Shown here: piece after piece, positions 1 through 9,340 of the stretch
Layout of the letters: every line of letters starts with the position of its first letter
How positions within the stretch are numbered: the stretch's first letter is position 1
DNA from: Deltaproteobacteria bacterium
GTDB taxonomy: Bacteria; Desulfobacterota; JAJRXV01
Reading direction: 5' to 3'
DNA length: 64,000 bases
Assembly: GCA_024275075.1 (NCBI GenBank)
Contig: JAJRZU010000054.1
Coordinates: forward strand, 6,546 to 70,545
Position numbers and translations under genes: made by a program
Notes under the pieces: generated by a model
Told to the model about the DNA's origin: nothing
The model's input: the letters and a program-made list of their open reading frames with translations, nothing else
The model's database searches: none

Positions 1-105
1 CTTTTTTGTCTCATCCTTCGTTACATTAAAGGCTCTCTCTTTCTCCCAGATATCCTGCCACTTAGCCTCGATTTCGGCAGGGTTGTATTTATGATCTTCA
101 GCCAC
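1..105 (-). CDS. leuS: Leucyl-tRNA synthetase, N-terminal 35 codons (partial; continues beyond window start)
   Basis: Minus-strand translation of 105..1 gives MAEDHKYNPAEIEAKWQDIWEKERAFNVTKDETKK, the canonical LeuRS N-terminus (YNPxEIExKWQ..W). GTG start preceded by GGAGGG. Not in ORF track because it runs off the edge. Confidence 0.55.
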   Translation of the reverse strand, partial: MAEDHKYNPAEIEAKWQDIWEKERAFNVTKDETKK

Positions 106-114
106 ATTCCCTCC

Positions 115-205
115 AATGAATTACCCCGTAGCAAGCTGTTGGGATAGCAATTTTAAAATTACGCATCAAGCTGCGGGTAATAAAGCCCGCAGGAAAACCA
201 TGCGC
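115..205 (+). repeat. Intergenic hairpin-repeat element, copy A (AATGAAyTACyCCGyAGCA..GCTGCGGG family)
   Basis: Shares AATGAATTACCCCGTAGCAAGCTG plus a CTGCGGG..CCCGCAG hairpin with copies at about 9261, 47064 and 56617. Lies in the leuS 5' region, downstream of cheB. Confidence 0.5.
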
Positions 206-210
206 GTCTG

Positions 211-1302
211 TTAATTTTTTGATTCGCTACATATACTTATAATCGTATCAGAAATCTTGTCCAGCGGAACTATTTTATGTACCCTGCCGGTCTTGATCGC
301 CTCGTTCGGCATACCAAAGACAACAGAGGTCTCCTTGGATTCGGCAATGATTTTCCCACCGGTAAGGGACATGCTTACAACGCCGTCCCTGCCGTCGGCG
401 CCCATGCCGGTCAGTATGACGCCTAATGCTTTCGCTCTAAATATTTTCGCGATAGATTTGAACATATTATTGACCGAAGGGACATTCTTGTCATTATCGT
501 TCTCTTTTTCAAGTTTTGTGACGATGGTATCACCAGAGCGTTTAAATGCAAGGTGCTTTCCGCCCGGGGCTACCAGCACCTTCCCTTTCTCCAACGGTTC
601 GCCATCGCTCGCCTCTTTGATGAGGTACTCCGAGCTCTCGTTGAGCCTTTGAGAGAAAGACGCGGTGAACCCGGCGGGCATGTGTTGGGAAACAACGACA
701 GCGACATCAAGGTTGACCGGCAGTACGCTGAACAGGTTCTTCAGGGCGGATGGCCCGCCGGTGGAAGAACCGATCGCGACGACTTCGATTAGTTTTTTTG
801 AGTTGAAATTAAAGATATCAGAACAGACTTTATCAGAATCATCCATCTTCTTTTCAAAGATATCAGACTCTTTAAACTTCTGTATCCGGTTTTGCACGCT
901 GCTTAATTTAGTCAAGGACGCATTGATGACTTTGTCGATCAGGTCGCTTTTGATATTGTACAGTTTAGTTGAGATCGCCGCAGTCGGTTTAGGGATAAAG
1001 TCTACGGCTCCAAGGTCAAGCGCCTTAAAGACATTCACGTCGTCTTTTTTTGATGATACAACGACAATCGGTACCGGCATGGTCGCCATGGACATCCTGA
1101 TGAAAGAGAACCCGTCCATGACAGGCATCTCAAGATCAATAGTTATTACATCAGGTTTGAGCTTGCTAAGTTTCTTTATGCCATCTTCCCCGTCAACAGC
1201 GGTACCGACCACCTCTATGTCAGGGCTCGAAGTCAGCATATCTACTATTGTCCTTCTGTTAAACGCGGAATCATCTATTACTAATACTTTTATTCCACCC
1301 AA
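211..1302 (-). CDS. cheB: Chemotaxis response regulator protein-glutamate methylesterase CheB (REC + methylesterase)
   Basis: N-terminal receiver (VLVIDDSAFNRR..D..K) and C-terminal CheB esterase block (AIGSSTGGPSAL..VVVSQHMPAGFT). Confidence 0.9.
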   Translation of the reverse strand: MGGIKVLVIDDSAFNRRTIVDMLTSSPDIEVVGTAVDGEDGIKKLSKLKPDVITIDLEMPVMDGFSFIRMSMATMPVPIVVVSSKKDDVNVFKALDLGAVDFIPKPTAAISTKLYNIKSDLIDKVINASLTKLSSVQNRIQKFKESDIFEKKMDDSDKVCSDIFNFNSKKLIEVVAIGSSTGGPSALKNLFSVLPVNLDVAVVVSQHMPAGFTASFSQRLNESSEYLIKEASDGEPLEKGKVLVAPGGKHLAFKRSGDTIVTKLEKENDNDKNVPSVNNMFKSIAKIFRAKALGVILTGMGADGRDGVVSMSLTGGKIIAESKETSVVFGMPNEAIKTGRVHKIVPLDKISDTIISICSESKN

Positions 1303-1314
1303 GTTACTTACTCC

Positions 1315-2169
1315 TCATAATGTTAATGCAGGTTTCTGATATACCATATCGTTCGTATAATGCCTAAGGATAAATTTATTTGAGATATTTATCAGTGTCT
1401 CAGAATGCCCTAAAAACAAGAACCCCTTCTCCTTAAGTTTTTCATAAAAAGACTCGGTTACCAGCTTTTTTGTGTCATTGTTGAAATAGATGATAACGTT
1501 TCTGCAAAAGATGATATCCATCTTCTCAATAGTGGATATCTTGTTGTTATCTATCAGGTTTAGCTGCCCGAATGTCACAATGTTCTTTATATTATCATTG
1601 ATTTTGAACTTATCCCCAATTATTTCAAAATATTTAGCGATATATTCTTCTTTCGTAAGTCTGAAAGATGAACTGGAATATATCCCGCTTCTGGCTGTTT
1701 GCAGTACCCTTAAGCTGATGTCGCTACCAAATATCTCGACGTTCCATCCTTCAAACAGCCCGCTCTGTTTGATAAGTATAGCTAAAGTATAAGGTTCCTC
1801 ACCGGTGGAGCAGCCAGCCGACCAGATCCTCAGCTCTTTCTTGCCCTCTTTTTCAAACTCGGATTTTATTTCAGGTAAGACCTCTTTGGCGAACGCGTTT
1901 AGCTGCGGCTCTTCTCTAAAGAAGTAGGTCTCGTTCGTAGTCAACACCTCAGCGATCGCATTGATCTCCTCATCTTTTCCCTTATCATATTTCAAGTAGA
2001 AATAATAATCCTCGAAATTATTAAATTGATGCAACTTTAGCCTGTTGTGCAGTCGTTTCTCCAGGAAGTACCTGGTGCCGTCATCAAAGTATAAGCCGCT
2101 GAATTCATTTATAAAGTCCCGAAGCTTAGAAAACTCATACTCGGACATCTCAATCGGTTCGTTACTCAT
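1315..2169 (-). CDS. cheR: Chemotaxis protein methyltransferase CheR
   Basis: CheR N-terminal helical domain plus SAM-binding motif (RIWSAGCSTGEEPYTLAI). Adjacent to cheB. Confidence 0.9.
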   Translation of the reverse strand: MSNEPIEMSEYEFSKLRDFINEFSGLYFDDGTRYFLEKRLHNRLKLHQFNNFEDYYFYLKYDKGKDEEINAIAEVLTTNETYFFREEPQLNAFAKEVLPEIKSEFEKEGKKELRIWSAGCSTGEEPYTLAILIKQSGLFEGWNVEIFGSDISLRVLQTARSGIYSSSSFRLTKEEYIAKYFEIIGDKFKINDNIKNIVTFGQLNLIDNNKISTIEKMDIIFCRNVIIYFNNDTKKLVTESFYEKLKEKGFLFLGHSETLINISNKFILRHYTNDMVYQKPALTL

Positions 2170-2187
2170 ATAGTAAAAAAGTACTCC

Positions 2188-4200
2188 TTAAGAAATAATG
2201 CCCAGAACTCTTTTCGCCATACGCTGAATCATCTCATCTTCCTCTTTTTCAATGAAAGGGGTCAGCTTTTGAACGATATTGTCATCCTTAATACCCTCAA
2301 ATGACTTGTAAATCAGAATTCTAATATCCGCTTTTGCGGAACTTAGCAGCTCTAAAATATTCTTTAAAATATTGTCATCCATGGACTCTTTCAATATACC
2401 CAGAGAGGCTTTGACGACCTCATAATCCTTGTGGCGCAACAGTTCTAACAAGTAGATTTTAAGCTCTGGCGCGTTAAGCTCTTTGAGCGACTCTATCGCG
2501 TTGATGACAAGTATCGGGTCATCGTGTTGCAAAAACTTCCTTAGCCGCCTGACGGCATCAGCGGCCTGCAACTTAGCAAGGCTTCTCATCGCGTTGATCT
2601 TCACCCATACATTCGGGTCATTAAGCGCCAGTATCAGGGAATTGAAGGATTCCTCGGAATATAAGAGCCCTAATGTTTTCGCGACGGCTATCCTGACTTT
2701 GTCGCTTTCGTCAGTGAGCGTCAGGACAAGGTGTTTGCTCTCAGCTAAGACGTTTATAGCGCCGATAGCATATACCGCAGCGGTTCTGACCTCTGGGTTG
2801 CTGTCTTTGAGCGCCATGTCAAGGTGTTTTATGTCCTCATCGATGCCGATCCTGCCGATAAGGGATATGACATTTATTTTAAGCTGTTCATCCTGAGCGC
2901 TTAAATGCGATTCTATCTCCCGCCTTATCTCCTTGGGATAAAGGTTCCCCAGGGCAGTAAGAGCATCTAACGCCGCCATCTGCACATCTTTATACTGGTC
3001 GTTCAGCACGGGGAAAATATGCTTGATCGCAGTACCCTTAGCTAATTGAGCCAGAGAGATTGCCGCGGAACTCCGAAGGTGCCAGAACCCGGATTTTAAT
3101 GATTCTACGAGTAGCGGCTCATACCGCTCATCCTTTAATGCCCCCATTACCTGTGCCAGGAAATCTTTTGTTGAGTCATCCGCCGTTAAAAACACTTCCT
3201 TGATCGTTTCAAAAGATTCCTTACCCATGAAGACGATGGAGTCAAATATGCACGCTTTTATGCTCTCGTCTCCTTGAACCTCAAGCAGCTTTGGTATAGT
3301 CTTAACAGCTTTCAGGTAGCCGAGCAGGGAGATGACCGCCTTTTGCACCTCTTCGTGTGCCGAGCTGAGCGAAGCCGGTATCCTGTCGAGAAGCTCCTTA
3401 GTCACGGCTTCGTTTAAGCGCTGTATAATCTTTTGTTTGCTGTTTTCATCGCTTATGCTGTTGTATATATTGACGACAGCTTTGATCGCGGCTTCCCTGC
3501 TGGCTTTAGATGTATCGCTGATGCCGTTGACAAGGTACTTGACAACCTCATCATCCTTGCTTTTGCCCATTACCTCAAACGCCGCCTTACGCAGTATCTT
3601 TGAGTCCAACAAAGGTATGAGCGCCCCTATGTCGATAGGTTCGCCAATGCTTTCAAGAGCCTCTAACGCACAGAACTGCAACTGTAGATCATCCCTTTTC
3701 AATGTACTTACAAGATGTTTGACGCTTGACGGATCCTTTATCTTTCCTAACGTCTCCGCCGCGGAAGACCGTACATTTTCGTCATCGTCGTCTAACAATT
3801 TCGCGACTACTTCTGATGAGTTGACATCCTTTATGTCACCTAACGCGTCAATCAGGAACTTCTTCACCTCAAAATTCGCGTTAAACAGATACTCAGTGAT
3901 GTGCGCTACGGCTTTTGCGCCCAATTTCGTGACTATTTCAACCGCCGCGTTCCTCTTGCCTGCATTGTCCCCTGCCTCTAACGCCGCGAACACCCGCTTG
4001 TAAAAACCTTTGAAATCAGAGTAGCGCAAGAGAGAATCGACAGCCGTTTTTCTTACCCGCCAGTACTGGTCACCGATAGCGTCGAACAAGAGAGTAAGCG
4101 CGTCCTCCGTTTGCAGGGCGGCGATCTTCTCGACACCGACCCGCCTGACCTCCGCATTCGGGTTTTTCAGCTGCTCTTTTATGTGATAGTTCTCTTCCAT
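2188..4200 (-). CDS. HEAT/PBS-lyase-repeat protein embedded in the chemotaxis operon
   Basis: Dozens of E(V/I)R..A(A/V)..LG repeats typical of HEAT/PBS-lyase repeats. ORF track starts at 4257, but the internal Met at 4200 (MEENYHIK) avoids a 47-nt overlap with the upstream cheW. Confidence 0.7.
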   Translation of the reverse strand: MEENYHIKEQLKNPNAEVRRVGVEKIAALQTEDALTLLFDAIGDQYWRVRKTAVDSLLRYSDFKGFYKRVFAALEAGDNAGKRNAAVEIVTKLGAKAVAHITEYLFNANFEVKKFLIDALGDIKDVNSSEVVAKLLDDDDENVRSSAAETLGKIKDPSSVKHLVSTLKRDDLQLQFCALEALESIGEPIDIGALIPLLDSKILRKAAFEVMGKSKDDEVVKYLVNGISDTSKASREAAIKAVVNIYNSISDENSKQKIIQRLNEAVTKELLDRIPASLSSAHEEVQKAVISLLGYLKAVKTIPKLLEVQGDESIKACIFDSIVFMGKESFETIKEVFLTADDSTKDFLAQVMGALKDERYEPLLVESLKSGFWHLRSSAAISLAQLAKGTAIKHIFPVLNDQYKDVQMAALDALTALGNLYPKEIRREIESHLSAQDEQLKINVISLIGRIGIDEDIKHLDMALKDSNPEVRTAAVYAIGAINVLAESKHLVLTLTDESDKVRIAVAKTLGLLYSEESFNSLILALNDPNVWVKINAMRSLAKLQAADAVRRLRKFLQHDDPILVINAIESLKELNAPELKIYLLELLRHKDYEVVKASLGILKESMDDNILKNILELLSSAKADIRILIYKSFEGIKDDNIVQKLTPFIEKEEDEMIQRMAKRVLGIIS

Positions 4201-4210
4201 ATACAGGCCT

Positions 4211-4693
4211 TTACTCTTTTTTCTTAAGTGTGTCCTTCTCTTGGGTCGATAAAACATTGTTGAGTTTCAATATCATCAAAAGATCATCGCCATACTTATA
4301 TACACCGAAAATATAATCAGTGTTGACCCCTTCAAGCATTCTTGGCGGCGGTTTTATGTTCTTAACATTGATTTTTATCACTTCTCTTACCTCATCGACG
4401 ATGAGCCCGACGATCTTCTTCTCGATAGAAACGATTATTATCCTCGTCTTTTGACTCGCCTCTTTCTGTTCAAGCTCAAATTTTTTCCTCATGTCTATTA
4501 TCGGTATAACAACGCCTCTTAGATTTATAACGCCTTCGATGAAAGCGGGCGCTTTGGGGACAATAGTCAGTTTGAGCGGTTTTATGATCTCCTTTATCTT
4601 CATAATGTCGATTACATAAAGTCCGTCATCGACTTTGATCACCACAGCCTGACGTTCTAACGTTTCTTCTGAAGATACAAAATCCTTATCCAT
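4211..4693 (-). CDS. cheW: Chemotaxis coupling protein CheW
   Basis: Single CheW domain (VIDIMKIKEI..NLRGVVIPIIDMRKKF). Confidence 0.85.
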   Translation of the reverse strand: MDKDFVSSEETLERQAVVIKVDDGLYVIDIMKIKEIIKPLKLTIVPKAPAFIEGVINLRGVVIPIIDMRKKFELEQKEASQKTRIIIVSIEKKIVGLIVDEVREVIKINVKNIKPPPRMLEGVNTDYIFGVYKYGDDLLMILKLNNVLSTQEKDTLKKKE

Positions 4694-4703
4694 TTATCCC
4701 CCG

Positions 4704-5267
4704 CTATATGTCGATATCCAAAACGTTCTTAAGGTTCATAATGATCGCGAAAGTGTTCTCATATTTACCGATACCAGAGATAAACTCGGCGCTTACTCCG
4801 CTGATTATCGGTGGGGGCGGCTCGATGTTATCCTTTGCTATCCGTATAACGTGAGTGACTTTATCAACTATCATACCCCAGCTCCTGTTTTCGTCCCGCG
4901 CGATGATTATCCTTGTGTCCCTGTCGTAGTCTTTTACGTCAAGCCCCAATCGCTTCCTCAGGTCAAACACCGGTACTATCACGCCTCTTAAAGAGATGAT
5001 ACCGGTAATGAAATCCGGTGAGCCGGGCACTTCGGTGAATTCCCTTAGCTTTACTATCTCCTTGATACTCATTATGTCGATCGCGTATTCTTCTGACGCC
5101 AGCTTGAAACAAAGGATGTTTAAGAGATTCTCGGACACTTCCGCCGAAGTCTCGAACCCGTCCGCATAAAACTCCTCATCAATAAAGAGTTTCGGGTCAA
5201 AGTTCTCTAACCCTTGCTCCTCAAATACGTCATCATTGTTATTTGTGTTTTCGTCCACTTTCCCCAT
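4704..5267 (-). CDS. cheW: Chemotaxis coupling protein CheW (second copy, acidic N-terminal extension)
   Basis: CheW domain (YAIDIMSIKEIVKL..ISLRGVIVPVFDLRKRLG). Confidence 0.85.
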   Translation of the reverse strand: MGKVDENTNNNDDVFEEQGLENFDPKLFIDEEFYADGFETSAEVSENLLNILCFKLASEEYAIDIMSIKEIVKLREFTEVPGSPDFITGIISLRGVIVPVFDLRKRLGLDVKDYDRDTRIIIARDENRSWGMIVDKVTHVIRIAKDNIEPPPPIISGVSAEFISGIGKYENTFAIIMNLKNVLDIDI

Positions 5268-5273
5268 CCTGCC

Positions 5274-7349
5274 CTAATGAAGCGCTTCCTCTATCAATGC
5301 GCCGACATCTATCACCAGAACGGTTTTCTGGTTGCCAAGATCAGTCGCGCCCGCTATCCCCTTGATGTTCTTAAATGTATCGCCTATCGACTTTATTACG
5401 ATATCCTGCTGACCCCTTAGCGCGTCGACGATCACTCCGATCCTCTTCAGCCCGAAACCGATCACCACAACGAAGATCTTCTCCCTGTCACTTTGAGTCT
5501 CTTGCAACTCAAACATATTTTTCAGCCGCAAAAGTGGGAGTGTCTCATCCCTTAGCTGCATGACCTCCTTCTTTTCTATCGTCAATATCTGCTCAGGGCG
5601 TATTCTTAGTATCTCGCTTACGGAATTCAATGGTATCGCGTACAGCCTGCCTGACAGCTCGATAATAAGCGCCTGTATTATCGCAAGCGTTATCGGGAGT
5701 GTCAATATCACCTTGGCGCCGGCGCCCTCTTCGGATTCTATATCGACCATCCCTGAGAGTTTTGAGATGTTAGACTTCACAACGTCCATGCCTACTCCCC
5801 TGCCCGAGGTCTCGCTGACTTCGTCTTTTGTGCTGAACCCGGGTATCAATAAAAGGTTATATATATCTTTATCATTGAGCTCCTCATCCGGGTCGATGAG
5901 CTTGTTCTCGATCGCTCTTTCGCGTACTTTTGCTTTATCGATACCTTTCCCGTCATCTGCTACCTCTATGACGACATAATTCCCTTTTTGAGAAGCCCGT
6001 AACGTTATTAAGCCCTTCTCGGGCTTGCCGGCCGCCTTCCTCTCCCCGGGTGACTCTATGCCATGGTCGACGGCGTTCCTTATCGTGTGCATTATCGGGT
6101 CGCCCAGCTCCTCGATGATCAGCTTGTCCAGCTCGGTATCCGCGCCGTACATCTTCAGCTCTATCTCCTTACCGGTTTTCCTGGACAATTTCCGTATGAT
6201 CCGCGCCATCTTCTCAAATATCTGGCTGAGCGGGATCATCCTTATACCCATGACACTGTTCTGGAGCTCGTCAAGCTTACGGCTGAAGACCCGGTTAGCT
6301 TTGTAAAGCTCTATCGCGACACCGGTGAAGCCCTCCTTAGCCCGGAGCTTGTCAGATATCCCACCGATTATCGCCTTGCTTAGCACCAGCTCGCCTACGA
6401 TGTTCATCAGGCTGTCAAGGCGGCTTATATCCACTCTTACCGTCGAGCTGATACTCTTGACCGCTTTGTCCGCACCGCTATTTGCGCTCAGCGGCGTTGA
6501 CCTTTGCGGCTCTGCCCCCGCCGGCTTCGTTATAGGTGCCGCTTCATCCTTGTCCGGCGCCTCCTCTGGTTCTGTCTCAGGCTTCTTAGAGAGGTCATGC
6601 ACAGTTATCGTAACTGTTGACGCCGCTAATATATCATTAGCATCCTTGTTGGTGCCGACTAATATGTCAAATTCGATCGTCCCTTCCTTCGCTTCCCCTG
6701 AAGAGGGTAAAATGCTGATACCCTCCCCTAATGGCTTCAGGTCTGTGGTTATCTTTGAAAGCTCTTCATCGAATATCTCTAAGGAGAAGATCGAGTGGAC
6801 TAAAAAAATGTTCTTTTTACTCTTCTCGTTCTCGCTTAAGCGATGCTCCTCATATTCGGTCAGGACGCTTAATATCTTCTTGTCAATGTAGAATTTCTTT
6901 GTTTCAGGAGCCGCGCCCACCTTACCGGTAGTCGCCCCTTGCAACTTGGCGTTCAGCTCCAGGATGAAGCCGTCTACCTCCTCTTTCCTCGCGACGTGCC
7001 CCTTTATCCCGACCTCTTTGACCAGCTCTGTCAGAAACTCGATCCCCTCAAAAAGGATATCTAAAACGTTTCGACTTAATTTTATTTTACCTAACCGGAT
7101 CGAGTCTAAGATATTCTCAAGCTCGTGGCTTAAGTGACCGATATCCTTGAAGCCAAGCATACCGGCAATGCCCTTTAAAGAGTGAGCGTTCCTGAAGATG
7201 TTGTTTAACAGGTCAGGGTCAACATCCTCGATATTCTGCGAAGAACTTATCGACATCAGATCAGAATTAATACTCTCAACGATCTCATCTGCCTCCGCCA
7301 AGAACTCCTTGATTGTCTCTTTGGTTACGCCTTCTACCTTTTCTGACAT
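5274..7349 (-). CDS. cheA: Chemotaxis histidine kinase CheA
   Basis: Hpt P1 (HSLKGIAGMLGF), dimerisation, HATPase (GRGVGMDVV) and C-terminal CheW-like P5 domain. Confidence 0.9.
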   Translation of the reverse strand: MSEKVEGVTKETIKEFLAEADEIVESINSDLMSISSSQNIEDVDPDLLNNIFRNAHSLKGIAGMLGFKDIGHLSHELENILDSIRLGKIKLSRNVLDILFEGIEFLTELVKEVGIKGHVARKEEVDGFILELNAKLQGATTGKVGAAPETKKFYIDKKILSVLTEYEEHRLSENEKSKKNIFLVHSIFSLEIFDEELSKITTDLKPLGEGISILPSSGEAKEGTIEFDILVGTNKDANDILAASTVTITVHDLSKKPETEPEEAPDKDEAAPITKPAGAEPQRSTPLSANSGADKAVKSISSTVRVDISRLDSLMNIVGELVLSKAIIGGISDKLRAKEGFTGVAIELYKANRVFSRKLDELQNSVMGIRMIPLSQIFEKMARIIRKLSRKTGKEIELKMYGADTELDKLIIEELGDPIMHTIRNAVDHGIESPGERKAAGKPEKGLITLRASQKGNYVVIEVADDGKGIDKAKVRERAIENKLIDPDEELNDKDIYNLLLIPGFSTKDEVSETSGRGVGMDVVKSNISKLSGMVDIESEEGAGAKVILTLPITLAIIQALIIELSGRLYAIPLNSVSEILRIRPEQILTIEKKEVMQLRDETLPLLRLKNMFELQETQSDREKIFVVVIGFGLKRIGVIVDALRGQQDIVIKSIGDTFKNIKGIAGATDLGNQKTVLVIDVGALIEEALH

Positions 7350-7351
7350 CG

Positions 7352-7732
7352 TTATGTTTTACTCTTTTTCAGGATTTCTTTTACTTTCCGCTGCATATAC
7401 TCCGGGTCAAACGGCTTTACGATATATTCCTCCGCGCCTAACTTCAAGCCCTTCTCCCTGTCCTTCAAACTGCCCTCTGTAGATACTATTATCATCGGTA
7501 TGGATTTATAGTTGTCATTGTTCTTCACAAAATTTACAAGCTCGAGACCGTTTATGTTGGGCATGTTTATGTCAGTGATAATAAGGTCGAATTTCAGGCG
7601 GGGCAGCTCCCGCAGAGCATCGAAACCAGAAGACGCTTCGACAATCTCATAATCATCTGAATCCTCTAACGTTGTCGCGATCATAGAACGCATCGTCGGG
7701 GAATCTTCCACTACCAGTATCTTATAAGACAT
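7352..7732 (-). CDS. cheY: Chemotaxis response regulator CheY
   Basis: 126-aa single REC domain (ILVVEDS..DLIITDINMP..KPF). First gene of the che operon. Confidence 0.9.
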   Translation of the reverse strand: MSYKILVVEDSPTMRSMIATTLEDSDDYEIVEASSGFDALRELPRLKFDLIITDINMPNINGLELVNFVKNNDNYKSIPMIIVSTEGSLKDREKGLKLGAEEYIVKPFDPEYMQRKVKEILKKSKT

Positions 7733-8118
7733 TTCTCACCTTTTGTTAAAAATTGATGAATCAAGAGAAGTAACTAACTATTATCCACTAAGCTTAACAT
7801 ATTTTAAAAATAATTCAATACTATTTTATTTGATTGCAAGACATGGCTGCACAACAGATAATAAGCAGGGGGAAGCAGACACTGCTGCGCTCTTACGGGA
7901 ATAACGGGTCGCGCAAGGTCTTATAAATATCATACTTTTCAACGTATTACCGCCTTTTTTGGCTACGGAAAAAAAATCAAAACTATGAAAAAATTTCATA
8001 GTAATTAAGCGATTATTTGTTAGAATAAGGTAACAAGGGGCGGCCGCGAGAATTAATGCACGCATAACATGGTGTAATCATGGGAGATCTGTGGGCGGCG
8101 AGCGATACGTGGTGGAGG

Positions 8119-8134
8119 TGGTACGGTAATTGCT
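8119..8134 (+). promoter_or_regulatory. Candidate sigma-54 (-24/-12) promoter TGGTAC-N5-TTGCT upstream of the minor-pilin operon
   Basis: tgGTACggtaaTTGCt has correct GG/GC spacing and one mismatch to TGGCAC-N5-TTGCW. It sits about 47 nt upstream of the 8181 ATG. A sigma-54 activator gene is also in the window (53511). Confidence 0.45.
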
Positions 8135-8180
8135 CATTAGGACAGCATGTTGTTTAGTATTAAAAGAGGAGGATAAGAGG

Positions 8181-9248
8181 ATGGGATCTTTCCGCACAGA
8201 AAAAGACGCAGGCTTCATTTTAGTAACGGTTCTTTTAATGATAGTGATATTATCGTTAATTGGTATAACCAATATGATAACCTCTTCTAATGAAGTGCTT
8301 ATCGCCGGTTATGTCAACAAGAGCAAAGAGGCCTTTTATGTATCTGAGGCGGCGCTTGAGGAAGTGAAGTATTTCGTCTTGAACGATCCTATGAAGAGCA
8401 CATCGACCGCGGTCGGCCCGGGCACTTTGCAGGATGACACTCAGAACTGGGCGACTGATGAATACGCCGGTATGTATTTAGTCGATAACGCCGCGAGTGA
8501 AATGCTAATATCAGGGAATAGTTTTGACACGTTAAATGTTTCTGGCACCCCTTTGGCCGGCTCTTACCATATAGTGTTCAAAGTATATGATTCAGGCACC
8601 TCTGGTATCAATGGCGCAGGCAGCGCGAACACCTTTAATGTTCCTGGCATGGCATGGGCGACTGACGAATGGTTCAACCACATTCTCGTTGACTCCGCAG
8701 GCTCTGAGTTTACCATTGTCAGCAACACCGCGGACACCCTTACCGTAGCCGGTACCCCTGTGAGTGGTGACTGGTCGATATTCGGCAACATAGGCGGCTC
8801 TGATGTTATGACCGTTGTGAACGGCTACTCACCGCTACCGAGCTACATCAACAGCTACCAGGTGGGGTGGGTACTGATCGATTCTAACAATAACAAGTTT
8901 AACGTAGATGACGTGAGTGGTTTTATCGGTAATGATATCAACTTAGAAGCAGGGGCCGGTACACCGGCGCATGGTTCGTTTACTTTGGCGATGCCGGGCT
9001 GGATGTATAATTCGAACTCACCATTATACGCGGGCGGCGGTACCTCGACATACAACACAAGCTATACTATCGGTAGCGCTGTGGCAACTGCCACCGTTAC
9101 GATAACACCGGTTGGCGGTTCAAAGAGTTCATTTATCATGAAATCGGTAGGGACTTTGGCGAAGAACAGGAAAGCGATTACAATGTCATTAAACGATTCA
9201 GGTAACGGGGACGTACTGTTCAGGGATTGGCGGGAAGTATCGCCGTAG
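8181..9248 (+). CDS. PilX-N-domain minor pilin-like protein
   Basis: Strong RBS AAGAGGAGGATAAGAGG then ATG at 8181 (ORF track starts earlier at 8130). The hydrophobic N-terminal helix GFILVTVLLMIVILSLIGI..EAFYVSEAALEE matches the PilX_N domain. Contains two roughly 45-aa internal repeats. Confidence 0.6.
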   Translation: MGSFRTEKDAGFILVTVLLMIVILSLIGITNMITSSNEVLIAGYVNKSKEAFYVSEAALEEVKYFVLNDPMKSTSTAVGPGTLQDDTQNWATDEYAGMYLVDNAASEMLISGNSFDTLNVSGTPLAGSYHIVFKVYDSGTSGINGAGSANTFNVPGMAWATDEWFNHILVDSAGSEFTIVSNTADTLTVAGTPVSGDWSIFGNIGGSDVMTVVNGYSPLPSYINSYQVGWVLIDSNNNKFNVDDVSGFIGNDINLEAGAGTPAHGSFTLAMPGWMYNSNSPLYAGGGTSTYNTSYTIGSAVATATVTITPVGGSKSSFIMKSVGTLAKNRKAITMSLNDSGNGDVLFRDWREVSP

Positions 9249-9260
9249 ATAATGTAAAAT

Positions 9261-9325
9261 AATGAACTACTCCGTAGCAAGTTGCGGGGGAATCAACCCC
9301 GCTGAAAAAAAACAGGCGAGCCTGT
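9261..9325 (+). repeat. Intergenic hairpin-repeat element, copy B
   Basis: aatgaactactccgtagcaagttGCGGGGGaatcaaCCCCGCtg aaaaaaaACAGGCgaGCCTGT, immediately followed by the RBS and GTG start of the 9341 gene. Confidence 0.5.
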
Positions 9326-9340
9326 AAAAAGGAGTCATAC

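Noticed and set aside
7826-8065. 79-aa ORF in the che/pil divergent intergenic region
   Set aside because: No RBS, low-complexity and lies in a promoter region; likely spurious.
8130-8180. Upstream 17-codon extension of the PilX-like ORF (MLIRTACCLVLKEEDKR)
   Set aside because: A strong RBS sits inside it, directly before the ATG at 8181. The extension would also remove the sigma-54 promoter spacing.
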